Positions 27,710 to 35,491 of a stretch of DNA of 64,000 bases are shown here, in pieces. How positions within the stretch are numbered: the stretch's first letter is position 1; every line of letters begins with the position of its first letter. The stretch is from Bacteroidales bacterium UBA4772. GTDB taxonomy: Bacteria > Bacteroidota > Bacteroidia > Bacteroidales > VadinHA17. The stretch lies in the NCBI GenBank assembly GCA_002403305.1, contig DHHM01000023.1, positions 1,365-65,364 on the forward strand, written 5' to 3'. The notes below the pieces were generated by a model. It was not told the origin of the DNA and did not search any database. It saw only the letters and a program-made list of their open reading frames with translations. A program made the translations under genes and the position numbers.

Positions 27710-29503
27710 TTAGTTGATTAGCACAGCGCCGAATTTACATCTCTCGAAGCAGGCATCGCATTTGATACATTTCTCCTGGTCAATGAAGTGCGGCTCCTTG
27801 CGCTCTCCGCTGATGGCATTGACGGGGCATCCCCTGGCACATGCCGTGCATCCGACGCACTTCTCTTCGATAATGGTATACTTCATCAGGTCGCGGCATG
27901 ATCCGGCAGGACATCTCTTCTCTGTGACATGGGCCATATACTCATCCATGAAGTTGTCCATGGTTGAAAGGACGGGGTTGGGTGATGTCTGTCCGAGTCC
28001 GCAGAGTGAGGTGTCCTTGATGACAAGGCACATGTTCCTGAGCCTGTCGAGGTCAGCGGGGGTGCCGTTACCTTTGGTGATATGAGTAAGCAGCTCGTAA
28101 ATCCTCTTGTTTCCGATACGGCAGGGAGCGCATTTGCCGCAGGACTCCTCCACGGTAAATTCCAGGAAGAATTTTGCGATGGAGACCATGCAGTCGTCTT
28201 GATCCATGACTATCATTCCTCCTGATCCCATCATCGAACCGGCGGCAACCAGGTTGTCAAAGTCGATGGGAGTGTCGAGGTGATGTTCGGTAAGGCATCC
28301 GCCCGAGGGGCCTCCTGTCTGTACAGCCTTGAACTTCTTGCCGTTCTTGATGCCACCGCCTATCTCAAAAATGATTTCACGCAGTGTGATGCCCATGGGC
28401 ACTTCGATGAGTCCCACGTTGTTGATCTTGCCGGCGAGGGCGAATACCTTCGTTCCCTTTGATTTCTCCGTTCCGATTGAAGAGAACCATTCCCATCCCT
28501 TGTTGATGATTACCGGGACGCTGGCAAATGTCTCGACGTTGTTGACGTTGGAGGGTTTGCCCATGAATCCGCTTTCGGCAGGGAAGGGAGGTTTGTTTGT
28601 GGGTTCACCGCGCAAGCCCTCCATGGAGTGGATAAGGGCTGTCTCTTCGCCGCAGACAAATGCTCCCGCGCCGTAGCGGAGGTCGATGTCAAAGCTGAAG
28701 TCGCTTCCCAGGATGTTGTTGCCAAGCAGGCCGTAGTCACGTGCCTGGCCGATGGCTATCTTCAGCCGCTGTATTGCCAGCGGGTATTCGGCACGGATGT
28801 AGATGAGTCCTTTCGTGGCGCCGATAGCATATCCGCAGATAGCCATTGCCTCGAGGACGGAGTGGGGATCGCCTTCCAGCACCGAGCGGTCCATGAATGC
28901 GCCCGGGTCACCCTCGTCGGCGTTACATACAACATATTTCTGGTCAGCCCGGTTTTTAGAGGCTATCTCCCATTTGAGTCCGGTGGGGAAGCCGGCTCCG
29001 CCGCGTCCGCGCAGCCCGGATTTCTTGATGACGTCGATCACATCGGCAGCGGTGTATTCCGCGACACACTTCCCGATGGCGGCATAGCCTTCGCGGGCGA
29101 TGTATTCATTGACGTTTTCAGGGTTGATGGAGCCGCAGTTGCGGAGTGCGATGCGTATCTGCTTCCGGTAGGAGCCCATCTGCCTTGGATCTCTTACATG
29201 CTCACCGGTGGAGGGGTTGACGTAGAGCAGACGCTGTACCGGTTTGCCCTTAATGACATGCTCGGCCACGATGACTGCAGCATCCTCCGGTTTGACCTGC
29301 ACATAAAAGGCATTGTCAGGCATAACCTTAACGACAGGCCCTTTTTCGCACAGACCGAAACAGCCTGTCATTATTACCTGTACCTCGTTACCAAGGCCCT
29401 TTTCTTCAAGTTCTCTCTTCAGGCTCTCAGCTATGAGAGCGCTTTCCGAGGCGCGACAGCTTGTCCCGCCACATACCAGAAGGTGCATTCTGAATTTTGA
29501 CAT
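27710..29503 (-). CDS. hydB: NuoF-like FMN/NAD(P)H-binding subunit of [FeFe] hydrogenase (HydB/HndC type)
   Basis: GLRGRGGAGFPTGLKW (FMN/NADH site), ESCGKCAPCR, two C-terminal CxxCxxCxxxC ferredoxin motifs, and an N-terminal thioredoxin-like domain. Confidence 0.92.
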   Translation of the reverse strand: MSKFRMHLLVCGGTSCRASESALIAESLKRELEEKGLGNEVQVIMTGCFGLCEKGPVVKVMPDNAFYVQVKPEDAAVIVAEHVIKGKPVQRLLYVNPSTGEHVRDPRQMGSYRKQIRIALRNCGSINPENVNEYIAREGYAAIGKCVAEYTAADVIDVIKKSGLRGRGGAGFPTGLKWEIASKNRADQKYVVCNADEGDPGAFMDRSVLEGDPHSVLEAMAICGYAIGATKGLIYIRAEYPLAIQRLKIAIGQARDYGLLGNNILGSDFSFDIDLRYGAGAFVCGEETALIHSMEGLRGEPTNKPPFPAESGFMGKPSNVNNVETFASVPVIINKGWEWFSSIGTEKSKGTKVFALAGKINNVGLIEVPMGITLREIIFEIGGGIKNGKKFKAVQTGGPSGGCLTEHHLDTPIDFDNLVAAGSMMGSGGMIVMDQDDCMVSIAKFFLEFTVEESCGKCAPCRIGNKRIYELLTHITKGNGTPADLDRLRNMCLVIKDTSLCGLGQTSPNPVLSTMDNFMDEYMAHVTEKRCPAGSCRDLMKYTIIEEKCVGCTACARGCPVNAISGERKEPHFIDQEKCIKCDACFERCKFGAVLIN

Positions 29504-29523
29504 TATACTGCTTCTCCCTGTTA

Positions 29524-29916
29524 TTAGTCTATTTTTTCATAGTTAACCGGTATGATTCCTTCAACCAGTTCACCGTTCCTGATGTATTTCTCAATGATCT
29601 CGTCGGCTCTTTTTCTGTCGACAAAACCGTAGACGACAGGGTCCTGTCCCGGTAGCTGTACCTCCACGGTAGGCTCAGCATAGCAGTAGCCCATGCATCC
29701 TGTCTGGGTGACGACGGCGCCGATGCCTCTTTTGTCAAGCTCCTCAATGAAGAAGTCCATTATCGGCCGTGCGCCCGATGCGATTCCGCAGGTTGCCATG
29801 GCAACCCTCACCTGAACGACTGCTTCCGGGCTGCCATCTGTGGCTCTCATATCGAGTTGTGCCTTGGTCTCTATCCGGACTTTCTCCAGGTCTGCAATTG
29901 ATTTGAGTTTTTCCAT
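29524..29916 (-). CDS. HndB-like thioredoxin-fold (2Fe-2S) ferredoxin
   Basis: 130 aa with Cys pairs ATCG...TGCMGYC. It is the first gene of the hydrogenase operon. Confidence 0.7.
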   Translation of the reverse strand: MEKLKSIADLEKVRIETKAQLDMRATDGSPEAVVQVRVAMATCGIASGARPIMDFFIEELDKRGIGAVVTQTGCMGYCYAEPTVEVQLPGQDPVVYGFVDRKRADEIIEKYIRNGELVEGIIPVNYEKID

Positions 29917-30060
29917 TTCTGATGATGGTTTTAACTGCTTCTGACTCCTGTCAAGTAGTATGGCTGCTAACTTAATGTGTTACTTCTTACAAATACCTAA
30001 GAATTATCACTCCTTCACTTGATATTTATCTGTACAGCTTCCGGGAATACAAAAGCGATG

Positions 30061-30068
30061 CAAATATA
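30061..30068 (-). promoter_or_regulatory. Candidate -7 box (TATATTTG on the minus strand) for the hydrogenase operon
   Basis: The plus strand CAAATATA is the reverse complement of TAnnTTTG, about 145 nt upstream of the first ATG (29916). Confidence 0.3.
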
Positions 30069-30076
30069 ATAATTAA

Positions 30077-30109
30077 TGTTATATTTATAACAGTGTTAAT
30101 AAAATAACA
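30077..30109. promoter_or_regulatory. Two adjacent 16-bp dyads, TGTTATATTTATAACA and TGTTAATAAAATAACA (Rex-like 6-4-6 architecture)
   Basis: Read directly. Site 1 is a perfect inverted repeat and site 2 has one mismatch. They are 1 nt apart and lie just upstream of the candidate -7 box. Confidence 0.45.
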
Positions 30110-30164
30110 CAAAATTAAATCAACTTGCTTTGATGTCAGCAGTCCAGAGTGTGTATATTATTTA

Positions 30165-31793
30165 TTATCTTAATTTTGCAAACTCTGACCCGGGTTTCCA
30201 CTGAGGCCTGATATCGTTTGTTACAATCCTGTAACCGACTTCAAAAACAGCCCTGGCGTCTTCAACGATGCCGTCGAAATCCATTTCCGGGTAGTAATTG
30301 TCAGCTGGTTTATGGTACCGGTTTGTGATGTAATCCTTCTCCTGAGCGGCAGCCCACTCCTTTCCGAACTCTCTGCTGTCGCAGTTGCCGCGGGCGAAGA
30401 GGGCCGGGACTCCTATCTGTGCAAAGGGGAAGTGGTCTGACCGGAAGTACATTCCTGTTTCGGGATTGGGATCAGGGGTGATGTATCTACCCTGTTTCGC
30501 TATTGCTTCGGCTAGCATATCGTCGAGTTGCGACTGTCCGTAGCCCGTAATCATGATATCCTTCATTCTTCCCATCGGCAGAAGGAGATCGTTGTTGAAT
30601 GCGGCGACGATATTTTCCGTTTTAACCGGAGGATTGGCGGCGAACCAGGAGGATCCGAGAAGTCCCTGTTCTTCGGCGGTGGGGAAGAAGAGTATAACCG
30701 ACCTCGCCGGTTTCTCCTTGATTGAGGCGAAAGCTTCGCCGATCTCAAAGGCCCAGGCCATGGAGGTGCAGTTGTCAACGGCACCGTTGTATATTGAATC
30801 TCCGTTTTCAGGTTCGCCTATTCCAAAGTGATCCCAGTGTGCCGAAATGACGATGCATTCTTCAGGCGTGCTGCTGCCACGAAGAATGCCTGCCACATTC
30901 AGTGAGCTGTCTCTCCTGTGACTGTTTGCTATGGTCATTGAGATGCTGGCGCCCATGGGAAAACCTGCAAAGTCTGCAGCGCATGCCTCTGCCCGCAGGC
31001 TCTCTACATCATGCCCCACTGCACTGAAGATCCTCTCTGCGGCCTCTGCACTGAACCACCCGGTCACAGGGCACGGCGGTGTATCCTCTTCAGCCTGTTC
31101 CATGTAAAGCCCGGGAGAGATGGAGCTCTTCCTCGGTATGGAGTAGTCGTAGCCGGCTCCGACAGTCTCATGGACTATCAGTATTGCTGTGGCACCCTGT
31201 CTTGCCGCCTCCTCATACTTGTAGGTCCACCGACCGTAGTAGGTCATCTCCCTTCCCTTGAAGAGTGTTGTATCGCCGGTATAGAGTCCGGGATCGTTGA
31301 CCAGGACCACGGCACATTTCCCCCTGACATCCAGACCGGCGTAGTCGTTCCGGCCATATTCGGGTGCTACAATGCCAAACCCGCAGAAGATCATGGGAAT
31401 CTCCACAAGCTCCACCAGCTGCTTCATGGACGGGGATTCGACAGCGATATCATCGGGTGCTGTAAAATCTATCTTTCTGAGGCCGGCAGTGACTGTCACC
31501 ATGCCGGTGACTCTGGAGGTAACCTCCACCATCGGTACGTTCTGGAACCAGCTCTCTCCGAACGCCGGAGCAAACCCTATTTTTTCCAGCTCCGTGGCCA
31601 GGTATGCAACCGTGAGAGTCTCGCCGCCGGTAAAGGGCTTTCTGCCCATGTAGCTGTCGGACCCAAGTGTCTGTACGTAATCGCGCAGCTCATCGGCAGT
31701 GATGGTGTCAGATGCCCTTCTGAGGGAGCTCTCTCCGGTGCAGGCTGCAACCAGCAGGATGCATGTGATGACAGGTAGGATCAGTTTTTTCAT
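30165..31793 (-). CDS. M28-family aminopeptidase with a PA domain (lipoprotein)
   Basis: Lipobox LLVAACTG. M28 metal-ligand context HWDHFG, GAVDNCTS, EEQGLLGS, and a later DH. Confidence 0.8.
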   Translation of the reverse strand: MKKLILPVITCILLVAACTGESSLRRASDTITADELRDYVQTLGSDSYMGRKPFTGGETLTVAYLATELEKIGFAPAFGESWFQNVPMVEVTSRVTGMVTVTAGLRKIDFTAPDDIAVESPSMKQLVELVEIPMIFCGFGIVAPEYGRNDYAGLDVRGKCAVVLVNDPGLYTGDTTLFKGREMTYYGRWTYKYEEAARQGATAILIVHETVGAGYDYSIPRKSSISPGLYMEQAEEDTPPCPVTGWFSAEAAERIFSAVGHDVESLRAEACAADFAGFPMGASISMTIANSHRRDSSLNVAGILRGSSTPEECIVISAHWDHFGIGEPENGDSIYNGAVDNCTSMAWAFEIGEAFASIKEKPARSVILFFPTAEEQGLLGSSWFAANPPVKTENIVAAFNNDLLLPMGRMKDIMITGYGQSQLDDMLAEAIAKQGRYITPDPNPETGMYFRSDHFPFAQIGVPALFARGNCDSREFGKEWAAAQEKDYITNRYHKPADNYYPEMDFDGIVEDARAVFEVGYRIVTNDIRPQWKPGSEFAKLR

Positions 31794-31883
31794 TAGATTA
31801 TTTTTTTATTATCTCATTGGTCGAATGGAACTTACGTGAATTGAATAATCAACTGCTTATATGAATCACTGCTTATGCAGTTT

Positions 31884-33116
31884 TCAATTTTTGCGTTTAG
31901 TTGCTGAAAGGCACAGATTGACGATTACTTCTACGGCTTTTTCCATTGAGTGCAGGGGAATATATTCAAACCGGCCGTGATAATTGTGACCGCCGGTAAA
32001 GATATTCGGACAGGGCAATCCCATGAATGATAGCCTGGCACCGTCGGTGCCTCCCCTGACAGGTTTGATGAGAGGCTCAATGCCGGCCTTGCGGTAAGCT
32101 TCGACAGCCTCCTCGATGATATACCAGTTTGCTTCAATTATCTCTTTCATATTGAAATACTGATCCTTCATCCTTACCCTGACGACTGCCCCTTTATGCT
32201 CTCTCTCAACCGTTGCCGCAGCATCTTCAACCAGCTGCTTCCGCTGACTGAATTTTTCCGGGTCGTGATCCCTGATGATATATTTCATGACCGTATCCTC
32301 CACCTCTCCCCTGATGTCGTAGAGGTGGTAGAACCCCTGGTAACCTGACGTCTTTTCAGGCCTCTCATCAGCAGGAAGGAGCTTATCGAACTCCCTGGCG
32401 ACCATAATGGAGTTGATCATGGTATTCTTTGCCGTGCCGGGATGGACGCTGCGTCCGCTCACAGTGACCGTTGCCGCTGCGGCATTGAAGTTCTCATATT
32501 CCAGCTCCCCGATGCCACCGCCGTCGACAGTATAGGCATAGTCAGCGCCAAAGGCTGCGACATCAAAGTGATCGGCGCCTCTTCCTATCTCCTCATCAGG
32601 GGTGAAGGCTATCCTGACTTTGCCGTGCTTCAGTGATGGGTCTGACAGCAGCAGCTCCATCGCGGTGATAATCTCCGCGATTCCCGCCTTGTCATCTGCA
32701 CCCAGCAGGGTGAGCCCGTCCGAGGTGATTATTGTCTGCCCTTTATAGGCAGCCAGTTCCGAAAACTCCTTTGGTGACAGCCTGATATCCCTGTCGCGGT
32801 TCAGAATGATGTCATTGCCGTCATAGTTATGATGGACAATTGGGTTAATATTTGCCGAAGGGGCATCAGGACTGGTATCCATGTGTGCAATCAATCCCAT
32901 TACGGGCCCCGAATCGGGTATGTTGGCCGGCAGGGTTGCCATCAGGTAACCATTACTGTCGAGAGTCACCTCTTCCAGTCCTGTCTTTCTCAGCTCATCA
33001 GCCAGACTGGAGGCAAAGAGCATCTGGCTGTTCGTTGAAGGGGTTGACCTTGAGCTCTCGTCAGATCTGGTGTCAGACCTGGCATACCCGAGGAACCTGT
33101 GCAGAAGATTTTGCAT
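31884..33116 (-). CDS. pepT: Peptidase T (tripeptide aminopeptidase, M20B)
   Basis: LLHRFLGY...T.SDE.S...PS...Q N-terminus, HMDTSPD, GADDKAGIAEI, and the conserved C-terminus GGHNYHG..E. Confidence 0.88.
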   Translation of the reverse strand: MQNLLHRFLGYARSDTRSDESSRSTPSTNSQMLFASSLADELRKTGLEEVTLDSNGYLMATLPANIPDSGPVMGLIAHMDTSPDAPSANINPIVHHNYDGNDIILNRDRDIRLSPKEFSELAAYKGQTIITSDGLTLLGADDKAGIAEIITAMELLLSDPSLKHGKVRIAFTPDEEIGRGADHFDVAAFGADYAYTVDGGGIGELEYENFNAAAATVTVSGRSVHPGTAKNTMINSIMVAREFDKLLPADERPEKTSGYQGFYHLYDIRGEVEDTVMKYIIRDHDPEKFSQRKQLVEDAAATVEREHKGAVVRVRMKDQYFNMKEIIEANWYIIEEAVEAYRKAGIEPLIKPVRGGTDGARLSFMGLPCPNIFTGGHNYHGRFEYIPLHSMEKAVEVIVNLCLSATKRKN

Positions 33117-33377
33117 ACCCTGGCTGTTGGTTCAGCATATAAATGTAATCCAACCGTTCGAGAAAACCAATATGCCGAAAATGATCTGCGAAGGCACCTA
33201 TCTCAGAAGCAGGTTGCCAAGCAGCACCCTTCCGCTCTTCCGGTATGCCCTGAAGCAGGGATCGTCTGACAGGTATACCACGGCACTCCTGCCGATTTTC
33301 CGGTTGCGGAGACGTGCCGCTGATCCTCATACCGTATCAGCAGTGTGGTGTCAGCCGGGTTTGCCTTTACTTTTTCA

Positions 33378-34061
33378 TCAGATATGGAACATACGGCCCA
33401 GACTGTGGCCCCGCTTCAGCCTGTAGTGGATGAAGATGAAGATCATGGCGATGATGACCAGTGAGGCGGCGGCTACCAGTGACCACGACGGAGCGAATCC
33501 GGACGATGTGAGCCTGTCGGTAAGATATTCGGTGACGAGGACATACAGTGCCACAGCAACAAGGATCGTAGCCAGCAGGTTCAGACCCCGGTACCTGGAG
33601 AAGGAGTTCAGGTAAACCACTGCGGCTGTGAGGACAGCTGCCGAGATTACCAGGGGGCAGGCCATGGAGAGGAACCACTCTGTTTCTCCGGTAAGCAGGT
33701 CTATGAACCACAGGAAGAGCAGTGTAAAGAGTGTTGTTGCCGATATCATCCAATAGGGCTTTTTCCTGAGGAACCAGAACCCTGACACCAGGGCTATCAG
33801 GTAGCCTATGCATGTTGTTGTCAGGAGTGACCATCCCATTCCTTTGACGAATGCAGCGTCAATGGCTATTGTGATGATGACGCCGGAGACAAGGAGCAGC
33901 ATTATTATCTCGTACACATGTTTTGCGTTCTGGATTTTTGAGAGCCTGAAGAGGTCGGCGGGTGATGCCACCCTGCCGGCTGAGTCTTCTGAAGGTTCGC
34001 AGAGAGGACATCTCTCGTTTCCTTCCCCGAGGTCCACTCCGCAGTTTTTACATATAGCCAT
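33378..34061 (-). CDS. Zinc-ribbon membrane protein (DUF6320-like)
   Basis: N-terminal CKNCG...CPLC zinc ribbon followed by about 5 TM helices. The family name is recalled, not verified. Confidence 0.55.
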   Translation of the reverse strand: MAICKNCGVDLGEGNERCPLCEPSEDSAGRVASPADLFRLSKIQNAKHVYEIIMLLLVSGVIITIAIDAAFVKGMGWSLLTTTCIGYLIALVSGFWFLRKKPYWMISATTLFTLLFLWFIDLLTGETEWFLSMACPLVISAAVLTAAVVYLNSFSRYRGLNLLATILVAVALYVLVTEYLTDRLTSSGFAPSWSLVAAASLVIIAMIFIFIHYRLKRGHSLGRMFHI

Positions 34062-34081
34062 AGCTCAGTTCGTTAATGAAT

Positions 34082-35314
34082 TTACAGAAGTTTCACCGGC
34101 AAGCCCGCAGAGGTGAGCTTCCTGATGAAACGCTGCTGCAGTTCAGTGTTGTCAGTGATCGACCCAAAGGTAATGATGGCATTTGCTCCCAGGGTGATCA
34201 GTCCTGCAGTGATTTTAATATCCCTGTGGGGCGGGGGCGGCGTCACTGACATGGCCTGCATCAGCTCTGCCGCCGGTCCTGTCGGGGTTACCCTTCCCAT
34301 ATTGGTGATGGTGCTGGTGAACTGACTGGGGCCGAACCTGTTATAGGCGAACCGCAGTACAGGACTTTTGATAAAGAGGGGGATGATACGTATAAGGGCA
34401 TTCTTTTCTTTTGACACATTACGACTTATTATCTGCCTGATCCTCTTCTCGTCCGTCATCATCTTCATGGTGATCTGCACCTCCCTGAGTATCTCTTCAA
34501 AGGTGTAGTGGCCCATCCTGATGTCGATCTCAGGCATGGCGAAGAGCGAGAAGTTGCGTAGTGTCGGGGCGTCATATCGCCTGCGCAGGTCGAACGGCAC
34601 CTGCACCCGTATATACGGTGATCCCTTGCCTCTTTCATGACGTATCTCCTGCAGGGCAAACAGGTGTACCGAAGCCAGGTATTCAGTGATAGTGCATTCC
34701 GTCTCCCGGGTGAGTGTGGCCAGCCGTTCGGCCGGCACTTCAAGCTCTGTCACCCTGAACCGCGGAGCTTCTCTGAGAGGATAGGGGAGATGCCATGCCT
34801 TCGACATCACCCGGGGACTGGGCATACCCCTGCCGTATATCTTTGAAAACATATCATCGCCGCTGCCCGGAAGAGGTCCTCCGCTCACCTCCGGGAAGGG
34901 CACCTCGGTTATTCCAAAAGCGTGTGTGAAATAAAAGTTCAACATAGTCTTAAGGAAGAAGAGAGCACCGCCACCGTCAGTGAGAATATGAAAGAACTCC
35001 ACCGAGATGATGTTTTCGCGCGCCAGAACACGGTATACAAGCTCGCCGTTCATGGTGCGCGGAAAAGGCTGGCACCGCGGTCCGGTGTCGGCCATAACCC
35101 TGGGAGCCATACCGTTATACTCGAGGTAATACCAGAAAAAGCCCTTGCAAAGCTCAACACTGAAGAGGGGAAACAGCGCGGAAGCCTCCTCTGAGGCTTT
35201 TTTCAGGGCGGGGAGATTCACGGGAGCGAAGAGCCAGACCGAGATGCGGAAAACGCCCGTCAGTTCAGACCCTGTGATGGCAGGGTAGATCTTGGCAGCA
35301 TTGTCAAGCTTCAT
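34082..35314 (-). CDS. HxxxDG acyltransferase (condensation/alcohol-acetyltransferase-like), uncharacterised
   Basis: FFHILTDGGGALFFLK contains the HxxxDG catalytic motif of the condensation/WS-DGAT/PapA5 superfamily. Start set at MKLDNAAKIYPA (35314). Confidence 0.6.
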   Translation of the reverse strand: MKLDNAAKIYPAITGSELTGVFRISVWLFAPVNLPALKKASEEASALFPLFSVELCKGFFWYYLEYNGMAPRVMADTGPRCQPFPRTMNGELVYRVLARENIISVEFFHILTDGGGALFFLKTMLNFYFTHAFGITEVPFPEVSGGPLPGSGDDMFSKIYGRGMPSPRVMSKAWHLPYPLREAPRFRVTELEVPAERLATLTRETECTITEYLASVHLFALQEIRHERGKGSPYIRVQVPFDLRRRYDAPTLRNFSLFAMPEIDIRMGHYTFEEILREVQITMKMMTDEKRIRQIISRNVSKEKNALIRIIPLFIKSPVLRFAYNRFGPSQFTSTITNMGRVTPTGPAAELMQAMSVTPPPPHRDIKITAGLITLGANAIITFGSITDNTELQQRFIRKLTSAGLPVKLL

Positions 35315-35491
35315 CCATGCAGCTGTTAAATGGCTTTCTCCTTCTCTCCCCATCCTTTCGTTTGTTTGTACAAAGGTAAACATTACACCGGCATATCATT
35401 ATATGCTGTTGGACAACTTCAGAGCCAGGCGTCTGCTAACTTTCTTATATTTGTTCCCATTATACCAAATCTTAACCACACTATTACTATT

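Noticed and set aside
28628-29500. 290-aa ORF on the plus strand
   Set aside because: It is entirely antisense to the well-supported hydB gene. The sequence is low complexity and Arg/Gly/Ala-rich, typical of a shadow ORF, and I recognise no motifs.
29917-30164. Long AT-rich region upstream of the hydrogenase operon considered as a riboswitch
   Set aside because: I could identify no conserved riboswitch core. The region is better explained by promoter and operator elements (the dyads reported above).
31011-31778. 255-aa ORF on the plus strand
   Set aside because: It is antisense to the M28 peptidase gene with no recognisable domain. The same reasoning applies to 38491-39111, 1397-1963, 13630-14169, 14861-15358 and 23945-24499.
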